From positions 1,302,001-1,366,000 of the forward strand of contig MU057202.1 in assembly GCA_013239625.1 (NCBI GenBank): a stretch of DNA of 64,000 nt, in the 5' to 3' direction. The notes beneath the pieces were generated by a model, which was not told where the DNA came from, ran no database searches, and saw nothing but the letters and a program-made list of their open reading frames with translations. The position numbers and the translations under genes are program-made. The stretch's first letter is position 1; every line of letters begins with the position of its first letter. Below, piece after piece: positions 50,182 through 61,574 of the stretch. The DNA comes from Lama guanicoe (taxonomy: Eukaryota).

Positions 50182-50553
50182 AACCGGCCACGCAGCAAGT
50201 CTCTCTGGATGTGGAGACGCCTGTGGGTGTCGCTGCTTCCTCGCCTGCTGGCCCGAAGGCCACGGAGCCTGGGAGACTGGAACAGCGCCGGCCCCAGGAG
50301 CCGCCGCGAGTCCAGGAGACGGCTCCTGCCAGCGGCGAGAAGGCCAGGCTGAGTGAGACCCCTGGGGGCAGGAGGAGCCTGAGCATGCTTCATTACATCC
50401 GGGGCCCCGCGCCCAAGGACGTCCCTGTGCCGCTGTCCCACAGCATCAACGGGAAGAACAAGCCCTGGGAGCCCTTCGTGGCAGAGGAGTTTGCACATCA
50501 GTTCCACGAGTCCGTCCTGCAGTCCACCCAGAAGGCCCTGCAGAAGCATAAAG
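50182..50553 (+). CDS. GSE1: GSE1 exon 13 (PATQQVSLDVE...EEFAHQFHESVLQSTQKALQKHK)
   Basis: TAGAAG tandem acceptor (start 50179 or 50182); G|gtaacg donor; 372/375 nt, phase 1-1. Confidence 0.93.
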
Positions 50554-52090
50554 GTAACGAGGCCGCCTGGGCCTGCTCTGCTGCTTTGTTCCGGAGCGCC
50601 GCTCAAACCTCGGGCGGGGTGCGAGAGACACCTGGTGTTCTTATTAGAGGCAGATTCTGCCTCTGGGGGTCCAGGATGGGGACCGAGAATGCTCCGTTCC
50701 CAGGAGATGCTGGTCTGCTGGCCAACTGTACTTGAAGGAAGTTTACGTCTGAATTGAGTAAGGCCTGCCCTTTCAGTAAGGGCAGGCTAGGTGCCTTTCC
50801 AGCAAAAATAGGATCCATGCTTCTCGACGGAGTCATTTTCCAGAGTCCCCCACACAGACTCGCCTGGAAACCTGCCTTGCCTTCAATGATCAGACCCAGC
50901 GAGCACTCAGTGACATAATGGTTGCTCCAGCCCCACGTTTGAGCCCCCAGATTCATGCCTCTTGGACATTTTGGTGGGAGCCACTGCAGGTCAGAGGACA
51001 GAGGTCACTATGTTTCATTCCCACCAAATCAGATTAGACTGAAATTAACTAGGAAAGAACCCTCAGTGAATATGGAGGATCCTACTGAGTTATAAGTGAG
51101 GGTTGTGCTCCCTAGGAGCCAGAAAGAGAGCTTGCTTATCACACCAAAACCGTTGACAGTTTTCTGTGATAACGTCTAAGAGCTGAGGAGATAGGTGAGC
51201 GTTTTTAGACATACAGGTCTGATGTCGTTAGCGTCCTTCAGGTAAGTTAATGCTGTCGGGAGAGAAGAAATGATACCCAAAAAGGAAAGAAAGGGCAGTG
51301 GGTTTCACAGTGATTTAAAAAAGAGAATTCCCCAGGTCAGGAGGAGGGCTTTACTGGGTGTTTGTCGTGACGTTCCCTGAATCACGTTTTTCAAGATGTT
51401 TTGACTAGATGGCTAGGTTAAACCCCTCTGTGCCCCTCTAGGACACTCCCACAGAGGCTGTGGCCAGTGGACACGTTTTCCCTGCTTCATTTCAACCCCT
51501 CTCCGGGATTACATTTGACCATTTCCTCGGGATTTTAAAGTCATCCAGCCCCTGCCAGGCTGAGCTGTCCTAGTGCGGTGACTGAGCAGGTCTCGGACTC
51601 TGCCCAAGGCTGCCATCCACAGGGAGGCAGCGTGCACCTGGTAGACCACCGCCAGCAGGGCCAGCAGACAGAGTGGACCTCGTCTAAACAGGCCCCAGTG
51701 ATAGCGAAGTCCTGGTCAGGGCAGAGCACTGGGTGTGCTCGGGACTGAAGGGCCTGCATTTCATGAGGGAAGTGATGCTTATTGAGGGCCGAGCTTAGAC
51801 TCCAGACTAGCTGAGACTCCCGTGTTACAGAGCAGGGCGTGGCAGCTCAGAGACCGGCTCAGCTGAGAGATCATAGACGTGTTCTGACCAGTGGGAGCCC
51901 AGAGCTGCCACTGTCTTTATGACTCCTCCAGCCACTTCTTTGGTGTGGGAAGGGTACGGGCCTCTCTTACTTCGTCTTGTCTGCTGGAGACCTGTAGTCA
52001 TGTTGTTGCCCCTTCTCCTGCTCCCTGCCCCTCCCTCCCCCAGCACGCGGTCCCCACGGGCCCTGTGACGCGCCTGTCTTCCCTCCCCAG

Positions 52091-52369
52091 GAACCGCAGC
52101 TGTGCTGTCTGCAGAGCAGAACCACAAGGTTGACACGTCCGTCCACTACAACATTCCTGAGCTGCAGGCCTCGAGCCGGCTGCCCCTGCCCCAGCACAAC
52201 GGGCAGCAGGAGCCCCCTGCTGTGAGGAAGGGCCCCCTCCAGCAGGAGATGGACCAGGACTCGGAGGACGACGACAGCGATGACAGGGAGGAGGACGATG
52301 AGGACCCCCCCAGGCGCAAGTGGCAAGGGATTGAGGCCATTTTTGAAGCTTACCAGGAACACATAGAAG
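52091..52369 (+). CDS. GSE1: GSE1 exon 14 ([12 protein letters not shown]...[17 protein letters not shown])
   Basis: cctccccag| acceptor; G|gtacgc donor; 279 nt, phase 1-1. Confidence 0.96.
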
Positions 52370-53199
52370 GTACGCGGTGGGGCGGGGAGCAGGCTGAGGG
52401 TCCAGTCGGGAAAGTGCAAGAAAGCTTAATAGACTGGTCGGTGCAAGACTTCCCTGCCACTGATGGAGGTTCCCGGGACACAAGTAGAAACAAAAACTAG
52501 AAGGTACTTTTTCTTCAGCACTATTTCCAGAACTGTTCCTCTGGCTTCCTTATGATGGAAGTCCTCATGGACAAAACTGAGGTCATTCTCACTGGTGGAA
52601 TTTAAGCACCAAGCTCCCGCCCCCATGCAGTATGACAGTGCGAACCTGGGCCTTGCCCTCTGTGCTGTTTTCCCTGCGCTCCTAAATATTCTGTCAGTCC
52701 TGACACTTGTGGCTACACACAAGGGTCCCAGAAAATGCAACGCTGATTAACTTCACAGAGCCCCCAGAGAGGCAGGCCTGGTCACTGCCTGAGCCTGTGC
52801 TGCACTGGAAGCATCTCAGGGTGGTGGCAGACTTCCCTCACAGGCACTGTGGTCCTGGACCAGCGCAGACTGTCCTCGCTCAGCTGTGAGTGTGGGCCCA
52901 CCTGGCCTGGGCAGCCCGCGCTGGCAGAGCTCGGGCACTGTCACTGTGCCTCCAGCACACCACCTCCTGTCTCTGTGCCTGTTAGACAGAGGCTGTGGTC
53001 TAAGCCTGGCACAGGGAGAATTGGAGGTCCCCCCCTATCCTCTGCAGTGAACCGGGCAGGGGGCCCTTTGGGGGCAGAGCGCTGACTCAGGCACTCAGAG
53101 TCCTGACTCGGCCCCACGGGGGCCCCTGTGCTCGCCATCCTCAGCAGGTTGGCGGTGCCAGGCATCGCTCTGACAAGAGTTGGGAGGTGCCAGCCACCG

Positions 53200-54830
53200 C
53201 CACTTTCTGTTTATTACCATATTGTACAGGAGTGTTCGTTTTTATCATGATTATCGTGATCATTTAAGTAATACTTTGAAATAAGCATTTACAATTTTTT
53301 CTCCTTTTCCAGTTTTATTAGATAGAATTACTCCAGTTCGACTGCACCTAAAACAAGCATTTTAAAACCCAGCTTATTAGTACAGACGAAAGCAATGTCC
53401 CTGTAGCCACAGTCAGAGCATCGGCACCTACATTTTGCTTCCTTTTCTCTTTCAGTTGGAATCCTCATTTTGCATGTTATCATATTTTATTTTACTAGAG
53501 TGAAGTTTCTCTCTTCTGGGTTGGCTTTTTGGGGTCTTGTTGGGAATTCCTTCCTTACCCCAAGGACATACTCTCCATTTCCTTCTAAGTCTTCAAGTTC
53601 TGCTTTTCTTAGGCCTAGACTCCATTTCCGTGGATGGATTAAGGTAGAAATCTAGCTCCACCTTTCACACCTGGACACCCTGTTATCTGGTGGGTTTGGG
53701 GGCGCCCTCTCCCCACGGGGGCTTTGCGACACCCCCATTGCCTGGGGCAGCTCGCCCTGACTTTTCTGATGGCTCAGCTATTCTTGGCCCTCGGCTTTCC
53801 CCAATGAATTTTATGATCACTTTATATTTGTTCCACCCCCAAAAAATCCCATTAGATTTTTCAGTTGCATTGAATTTACAGATTTGGGGAGGTTAGACTT
53901 TTTGGGGGGGGTTAGGTTTGTTAAAGGAGATACTGGAGTTTGAACCCAGGACCTCGTGTATGCCAAGCACATGCTCTACCCTCCCCGAGAATGGACGTCT
54001 TCGATAGTGCTGTCCATCTACAAATATGGCATTAAGTTGTGATAGATTTTTGCTGTTTTTCTCCATGAGCAGTTTACTTTTCTCAGATTTAGTTTAGGCA
54101 TCACCTCATCATTGTTATTCCTTAGATAATCATAGATGATCAGACCTGCAGGTAAGAACCTTAGTTCTTTCCTTTTGAATTCGTACTTTTTCTTGTCACA
54201 CAGCACTGCCGAGGATCTCAAGGCTGTTGAATAGGGGCACTGGTGGGGCCCTTGTTTGCAAAGCTTTCAAAACACTCCACTAAGAATAAAGGCTCCTATT
54301 TGCTGCTGGGTTTACGGTTGTGTGGCTGTTGAAAGTTCACCGATGTATTTTCTAGATGTATCAAGATGAGGACCTTATTTTTTTCCATCTTTTGATGCTT
54401 TTTTTCTTGACGTTGCTTCCTCTTAGCTGAATTAAGGTTTTAATCTAAGTTCTTAAGTGATATTAGACTGATTTTATTGTACTTTATTTTGCTATCATGA
54501 TGGTTCTGGCTTCTGTAAAGTCAGTTAGGTAGCCTTCCTGGTTTCCATTCTCTGAAACATTTCATATAAAGTAGGCATTTATTCTTGAAGGTCTGAAGTC
54601 CTGTTAAAACCAGGTTCAGTATCCTTTGGAAAGGCAGAGATCTTACTAATTAAAACTATACTTGATATTTCTTAAGTTTACTTGGGTCTTTTTCTAACAG
54701 CTTAAAAGCTTTCAAGCCTAACTCTTTTTATCTTTCTATCTTTCTTTTTGAAAAATCCTTTTTAAGGCCATAAGTTTACCCTTACTTCCTAACCTGTATT
54801 TCTTAAATGCCTTTCGACGCTGGATCCTTT
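53200..54830 (-). mobile_element. Highly degraded L1 remnant
   Basis: Abrupt T-rich, low-GC block with L1-antisense-like words (ttgcattgaatttacagatttgggga, gctgttgaatagggg). Boundaries approximate. Confidence 0.55.
53898..53986 (-). mobile_element. Second tRNA-derived SINE copy (degenerate), nested in an L1 remnant
   Basis: ggagatactggagtttgaacccaggacctcgtgtatgccaagcacatgctctacc is homologous to the 14.8 kb copy; B box GGTTCAAAC on the minus strand. Confidence 0.7.
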
Positions 54831-55001
54831 AGTCTTTATTCCACTGGGCCGGATTTGCTTTAGTGGCACTCGGGTGTTTCCCAGCACAACTGAAAGGGCT
54901 GGGAGCAGCGTGGCCCAAGGAGAGGACTGCTGGGAGGGGAGCGCCCACCAGGCCGTGGCCCCTGCCTGCACAAAATGTGTCAACATTGCTTGACTTTTCA
55001 G

Positions 55002-55105
55002 AGCAGAACCTGGAGCGGCAGGTGTTGCAGACGCAGTGCAGGCGGCTGGAGGCCCAGCACTACAGCCTCAGCCGCAGCGCGGAGCAGCTCTCCCACAGCG
55101 TGGCG
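55002..55105 (+). CDS. GSE1: GSE1 exon 15 ([34 protein letters not shown]), coiled coil
   Basis: cttttcag| acceptor; GCG|gtgagt donor; 104 nt, phase 1 to 0. Confidence 0.96.
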
Positions 55106-55793
55106 GTGAGTCTCAGGGCCCTGCCTTGGCCGGAGGGGCTGCCGGTGGGCTCCTGGGGGGGTCTCCGAAAGCAAATACATGCTTTTTTTGTTCACCCTTT
55201 CAAGTTTGGGTTCAAGAGCACCCATACAGCCAACTGCTGACGGGAATCCTGCTCTTGAGAGATCAAAACTTGTAGTCTTAGGGGGAAATTCAGGAATCAG
55301 TTAATGACCCAAGATACACCTAAGGAAGGACCTGTCTGCCATTAATTTGCAGAGTATTGATCCTCAAGGGTGAAGATGCTCTTTGAGGGAACTGTGTACT
55401 TCCTTTATCAGACTCCCCTACTGTGCTTCATTAAGGATGGAAGGAGGAACGCTCTTGAGGCAGGACAGGCTCCCCTCCCCCGCTGCGGCCTGCCCGACAG
55501 CCACACAAGCTTCCTCCCCACCCGCGTCTCGGGTCAGGTCTCACACACCTTGGCCACTCCTGACACAGCCGCTGTTAGACGCAGGGCTGGTTCTTGCAGG
55601 GTTGAAGCCGAGACAGCAGCAGACACGGGTTCTGTGAGAGCCCAAGGCTGGGGGCCGGTTGGAGCTGACTCCCGAGGCCCCTGCCAGCACACCGAGCTGC
55701 GAGGGCTTCCTTCCCATGGGGCCTCCAGCGCACGCCACCCATTTCCTCACAGCGTGAGATGAGTTTGTTTTACCTGAACTTCTCTCTCTCCAG

Positions 55794-55912
55794 GAGTTGA
55801 GGAGCCAGAAACAGAAGATTGTTTCAGAAAGGGAGCGACTCCAGGCAGAACTGGATCACTTACGGAAGTGCCTTGCGTTGCCTGCAATGCATTGGCCTAG
55901 GGGCTACTTTAA
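55794..55912 (+). CDS. GSE1: GSE1 exon 16 coding part (ELRSQKQKIVSERERLQAELDHLRKCLALPAMHWPRGYF...); stop hidden in N-run
   Basis: ctctctccag| acceptor; peptide match. The frame runs into Ns at 55913 and the stop is expected a few codons later. Confidence 0.94.
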
Positions 55913-58900
55913 NNNNNNNNNNNNNNNNNNNNNNNNNNNNNNNNNNNNNNNNNNNNNNNNNNNNNNNNNNNNNNNNNNNNNNNNNNNNNNNNNNNNNNNN
56001 NNNNNNNNNNNNNNNNNNNNNNNNNNNNNNNNNNNNNNNNNNNNNNNNNNNNNNNNNNNNNNNNNNNNNNNNNNNNNNNNNNNNGAACTCGCCTTGACTT
56101 CAATGCAATTGAATCACCTTTGTAATTCAGCGAGCAACCAATGTAGGATGCCCGTAGCTTTTTCTTTTTAAAGGCGGTTTTCTTCTTTTCCCAGGCCATC
56201 ATTTTTTAATCTGAAAACGAAGGCTCCATTACCAACACTAAAACTCTCGTTTGTAGCCCCTGGGTGCGTCAGGTCGGACCCCACGGCTTCTGTGCCCTTC
56301 CTTCCCGTGTTCCCAGGCTTCGAGAACCCAGTTTGCTCCTCGCTGCAGGCGGGGCCGGTCTCGTTCCTCCCCAGGTCGGAGGAGACCTGCTTCAGCTGGA
56401 GGAAGGCGGGGTGCGTTTTAAGTAAAGGGTTTTTTTGTTTGTTTCAGTTATTTTTCTGCAAAATTCCCTTCAAAGCAACAGGTCCTTAAAGCACACAAAG
56501 CAACAGTACTGAAGCCTCACCCAAAGGCTTTTCCCTGGAAAAGCTCTTTACCTAAAGATAAAGCAAATCAACAAACTGAAGGTACCTTTTTATTATTCTG
56601 TGGGGGGGGGGAGAATGTACCGAGCTCTGTGTATACACATNNNNNNNNNNNNNNNNNNNNNNNNNNNNNNNNNNNNNNNNNNNNNNNNNNNNNNNNNNNN
56701 NNNNNNNNNNNNNNNNNNNNNNNNNNNNNNNNNNNNNNNNNNNNNNNNNNNNNNNNNNNNNNNNNNNNNNNNNNNNNNNNNNNNNATAAAAAAGCCTGCC
56801 ATTTTTAATATGTGGTTTGGGGGGATTTTTGTTGTTTGTTTTCCTGTTTGGGGGTTTTATTTGTTTTTGTTTTNNNNNNNNNNNNNNNNNNNNNNNNNNN
56901 NNNNNNNNNNNNNNNNNNNNNNNNNNNNNNNNNNNNNNNNNNNNNNNNNNNNNNNNNNNNNNNNNNNNNNNNNNNNNNNNNNNNNNNNNNNNNNNNNNNN
57001 NNNNNNNNNNNNNNNNNNNNNAGGTCATGTAGAAAGCCCTGCGCTGCTTTTTACCTCCGTCTGTGCCCCTTCCCTGCTCAGGACAGCAGACGGCGACGCT
57101 AACCAGTTGCTATTAAGTGAGGAGAGGCTGGTCTGCAGTGGGAACACCGTAGCTACTGTGGTGCACCTTCACGGGCACACGGACACGGGGCTTTGGGAAG
57201 TGAGCAGTTCCTGTGTCCAGTCTGAGAGCAGCTGCAAAATAGCAAGTTAGGGGCTTTAGATGCAGCGCTTTGTAACAGCCTAAAAGTAGGATAAATGGTA
57301 TCTGAGCACAACTCCTCTTGAACCTACTGTGACAGCACAGCAGCAGCTAGGAGCAGGCGTCATCCTATCAGTGCAGAGCCCGGGCAGAGAGAGCTTCCTT
57401 CCCGTCCCACTCACTGCTCATTCAAGCAGTGCTGAATCCAGATCAGGAGGGGCTCTCGTGCCCCAATGGGCCTGAACTAGAGGCCATAGCAGCCAGTGGT
57501 TGGTCTGTGGCGGGAAAGAAGGGGAGGAGCCCCTCGGTCCTGGGCCAGGGAAGGGCTGGCTGACCTTCAGGAAGGCCATTCCCTATGACCGGTGGCCATG
57601 CCCTCAGCCCTAGACCTTAGCTGTGTGGAACAGCTTGCTGGCAGATGGCAGCGTGTGGCTTTATCTGTTCCCACACAGTTTGCTCTGTATGCCTGCCAAG
57701 ACTCTTCCAGTTATTAGCAAACTCAGAAAGTGCCGCCAGTATTACCAGCAGTCAGCCAGCACCTTCCTCTCTACAGACATGACTTGACAAAAACTAAGGG
57801 CTGTTCTGTGGGCCTCCTTACCTGCGAAGACGCAGGGCACCGTGTTCCACAGGTGGGCACAGGTGTTCAGAGGGAGCCCCACAGCCGACCATCAGGGCCA
57901 AACATCATTGAGTTTCTCTTAATAATCTGCTTACTGTTCCTGGTCTGAAGGTTTGAGTTACATCTTACACTTCACCCCCAGTCCTCTTCCTCCATCACAG
58001 GGGTCTGGCCGCCTCTGCTACTCAGCACTGAGGGAAAAGTAGTCCATTTAAGTTGATGGGGAAGAAAAGCACAGACCAGCCCTCCACCCAAGGGGACCCT
58101 CTCAGCTGGGTTTTAGTTAGGGGAGGGTTCAAGGGATGCCTGCCCGGGGCAGGGAAGCTGTGTCACCAAGAGCTAAACTAACGACCTTTTCCCTCTATAC
58201 GAGTGACACCCCCCCCACCCCCTGGAGCTTCTCCATCGCTCTGCCGCGTGGTACCCCACCCATCCGTGCGGCTCTCTGAATGTGCTCGGGCTCGAGAAGT
58301 AATATGACAATCAATCAGAATATGATGTAAACCAGTGAGGCAGCATGAATAAACTAAGAAAAAGGTAAGAAAGTGTCTTGAAAACAGAAGTGCACCACTG
58401 AGACAGTACCCAGTTGTGGCTTTTTCAGTTAATAATCTGAAAACACTGATTCTGAAAGAGCGCAGGAGCATAAGTCTCTCTCCAGCCTGGGCTTAACAAA
58501 AATTCACAAATAGGGAATCCCTGCCACTGTTTTCAGCTAGTTCACACTGCGATGACAACGTTCAGAAACACCACATTTGCCCTAGAATCGAATTGATTAT
58601 GGAACTTTTGCCAGTATTTTTGTGAAGACCTCAGTGCTTCACGACCGCGCGTCTTCCCGCAGCACCTGGGAGAGACGCTGCCATCTGTCCTCCGAAGGTG
58701 CTTTCACTGACCTTGTGAGGGATTTCTTCCAAAGCTGAGTCCTGGGCTTGTACAGTTAGATTGTCAGAAACCACCCAGAGCTTTCCCCCAAACTTGGCAC
58801 CACACAACCTGATCCTTTGAAAATGAGGCTTTCTTTGTTTCATATAATCAGAGCCAAACTGACATAAAATAGCATGATCTTAATCGATTATTTCAGACAG

Positions 58901-58941
58901 GTGACCAAGACTTTCAACAGCTTAGTCTATATTCTACAGTA

Positions 58942-58947
58942 AATAAA
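58942..58947 (+). terminator. Candidate proximal GSE1 poly(A) signal AATAAA
   Basis: Canonical hexamer followed by a TTG-rich stretch (cttgattggcattgattatg). Confidence 0.35.
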
Positions 58948-59640
58948 ACACTTGATTGGCATTGATTATGCCCTCAGGGAAATTCAGACTATTAAGAGGA
59001 GCCCACACCTTCAGCAGCAGAGAATTGCAACAGGAAATCTTAAAGTTCATACATGGGATGGTGCTTCAAGTAGCTCACAATGCTACCACATCTCAAAAAT
59101 TAAATCAGACCCCCTCTTTCCCTCTGAGCCATGGTTTGAGGTGTAGAAAGTTCCAAGGACCCACCACCAGATGGAGATGGTCAGCACCGTCCATGCTGTG
59201 ACTCCTCAAGTGTATGTTAGCCACTTGGCAGCAGTCCCTGTGCTCTTTCAAGTAACCAAGCTATTGACTTTTCTTACTACTTGCATTAGTCTGTCCCCAA
59301 CTTTCTGATCCAGCGCTTCACTTACACCCCTTAGCTCTGCCTTGACCTGAGGAAGCCCACGCTGATCGGCTGTGTTGCTGTGTGTGTGCCCTGTGCTTAC
59401 CTGCTAGAACAGTGAGCCAGGACGGGAGGGAGGAGGGACGGTGCCTCGGNNNNNNNNNNNNNNNNNNNNNNNNNNNNNNNNNNNNNNNNNNNNNNNNNNN
59501 NNNNNNNNNNNNNNNNNNNNNNNNNNNNNNNNNNNNNNNNNNNNNNNNNNNNNNNNNNNNNNNNNNNNNNNNNNNNNNNNNNNNNNNNNNNNNNNNNAAA
59601 ATCTTCCTAAATCATGTTGAGAAAAAATCTTTTATGTTGC

Positions 59641-59646
59641 AATAAA
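59641..59646 (+). terminator. Candidate distal GSE1 poly(A) signal AATAAA
   Basis: Canonical hexamer ~3.7 kb after the CDS. No clear GU-rich element downstream, and the true signal could lie in N-run 59450-59597. Confidence 0.5.
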
Positions 59647-60581
59647 GCCCCTCAAAAACAAAAGCTCGACGATCCTGCAGCTTTGCAGGTGAACCGCGCA
59701 GACAGGCCGGGCTGCACCTCAGCCAGGCTTTAAGAGAAGGGTGTTCAGGGTGAGACCTGAGACACGCACAGCTCCCGAGCTGCCACAGTAGCTCGTTTCA
59801 TGCTAGAAGAGTCTCCAAAGTACATCTGAAGGACTCTGTGTAAGAGCGAGCTGAAGAGGCAGGACTAGGTCTTCGGGGTCCTGATCCCTCCACATCTGGC
59901 CCTCAGTGCTCAAGTAAGAGCCACCAGCTGTTTGTTGGAGGGACAGCTAGGCACCAATCTGGGCTGGAGAAACAGTGCTCGAGTAACTTGAGGCTTGTAC
60001 TTGAAACACTGAAGGGCAGAGACCAGCAGGCACTCTAGCCTCATTTGATCAAGCACATCCACGCCTCAAAAAGCCCCCGAGCTGGTGCACCGCTGCCTCT
60101 GACTGCCGCTGCGACTGCTGCCAACAGCTGCTCACTGAACCCACACGCATGCGAGTAGACCATCATTCCCCTCTTCAGGTAAGAGCTTTCTACAGGGAAC
60201 GTAGCCATTCCAGAATGCTACAGCTACACGTTTTTCTCCTAGGGAGAAAGTAAAATACCTCTCGAGCCACCACTGCCTGTAACAGTCCGTCCAGCACCAC
60301 GTCCCCACTTTCCCTCCTGGTGTCGTGTTTCAGCTTCACCCTCACACTCAGTGACACGGAATTAATTTTTCCCTGACTTTCCCCTTGATGATGAGCCACC
60401 CTTTAGACCCGACCCAGGAGTAGACAAGAGAACGAGACGTGCAGAGTCCTGGGCTGAAGCTGACGGCCACCTGCTACCTACCTCTCTATTTGGTCGATCA
60501 GGCTGTTTTAGCCACCTGGCTCGCCCCTGTCGGGGTAGTTACGCAGGAAACAAACCCAACAGAGATTTGGGCCAATCCATC

Positions 60582-60587
60582 TTTACT
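60582..60587 (-). terminator. Candidate GINS2 poly(A) signal AGTAAA (variant)
   Basis: The minus strand reads AGTAAA followed ~20 nt later by the GU-rich GTTGGGTTTGTTT. I saw no AATAAA or ATTAAA on the minus strand between 59650 and 61120. Confidence 0.5.
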
Positions 60588-61122
60588 GTGTGTCAGGGCT
60601 CAGATGGACACAGCTCGCTGTCACCGGCCACTCGTCTGCTATCCTCTCTGTGAACTACCTCTGTAGGACATTCTAAATTAAATCCAAGTGATCAGTAGCA
60701 AGAAAGAAAAAGGGCCGAGGCCACCACTGGCACTCCTACTGTGGCTCTATCTTTTAAAAGCAATGCCTGACATTAGTGAATACTCACCTGCCTGTGACAG
60801 TTCTGTGCAGGAGACCTGAGTCTCTGCTGGGGAAAATAACTTGTTTTGCCAAAGCTCTTTTTCTCCTCCACCCCTATAAAAGGACAGCTGGCTGCTAGAT
60901 ACAGACGGGGAATTAATGAGCACCTTGGGGACTAAGCACAAGCCTGTTGCTTCCCAACGTTATAAATCCATTCCTTGCTTCACGGAGCTTTTTTTTTCAC
61001 ACGTTCAGAAGTAGTTCTTGCGCTCCAGAAATGTGAGTACCTCCGTCAAGTCCTGAGCACGCACTCACCAGCTGGGGAGCCTCCTGCCGGCAGACACGAG
61101 GCCTTTACAAACCAGAGTCTCC

Positions 61123-61248
61123 CTAGAAGTCCTGAGACTGGGCACCTCCAGGAGGCTGCAGGTTTGTGCGGAGTTTGTACATGTGATTGAGCGCTTGTGT
61201 GAGGAAAGCCCCGCTGGTGTTGATCTCCATCAAGGTGAGGTTATCCAG
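61123..61248 (-). CDS. GINS2: GINS2 last exon coding part ([41 protein letters not shown])
   Basis: PSF2 C-terminus. Minus-strand ttttag| acceptor; TAG at 61123-61125; 42 codons. Confidence 0.96.
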   Translation of the reverse strand: MDNLTLMEINTSGAFLTQALNHMYKLRTNLQPPGGAQSQDF

Positions 61249-61447
61249 CTAAAACAAAAGGGAGAACAGGCTGGGTTGGTTTGAGTTTCTGCCTTCGAGA
61301 AAAAGATCAAATCTACTGGATAAAAATAAGAAACGAGTAGGTAATTTTTTGAGAGCCCAGCACAGCCAGTAATCTCTTCCTGCAACGGCCCCCCCCAGAC
61401 GAAATGCAGATGTCAGGCCCTCGTGGGCGGGCCTGCTGCGCACCCAC

Positions 61448-61574
61448 CTTGGCATGTGACTCTTGCTGTCTCACGAATCTGTCAGCAGACACCCGGAGCT
61501 TGGCTATGCGAGTGTCCCACACATCCTTGATCAGGGTCCGGATCTCATCTGCTTTCGGGATGTTGTCCGAAGCA
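61448..61574 (-). CDS. GINS2: GINS2 (PSF2) penultimate exon ([42 protein letters not shown])
   Basis: PSF2 peptide. Minus-strand cccttag| acceptor and AAG|gtgggt donor; 127 nt. Confidence 0.96.

Larger units (their letters stand above)
7635..59660 (+). other. GSE1: GSE1 gene span (ATG to approximate 3' end); 16 coding exons
   Basis: Spliced exons translate to recognisable GSE1 peptides (AQAAPSSSFAAALRKLAKQAEEPR, RE-repeat, [17 protein letters not shown]-terminal coiled coil ...LPAMHWPRGY). All visible junctions are GT/AG and phase-compatible. GINS2 lies downstream, as in other mammals. Confidence 0.97.
56085..59660 (+). other. GSE1: GSE1 3' UTR (approximate)
   Basis: Follows the last coding exon; lower GC, U-rich tracts (56810-56873), AATAAA at 58942 and 59641. 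Confidence 0.7.

Noticed and set aside
57326-59065. Single seed matches for miR-27 (57326), miR-181 (58277) and miR-29 (59059)
   Set aside because: Single 7-mers are expected by chance in a 3.7 kb UTR, and conservation cannot be assessed here.
60875-60882. Perfect TATA box TATAAAAG on + within the GINS2 3' UTR
   Set aside because: Isolated motif with no CpG island or other promoter support; expected by chance in 64 kb.
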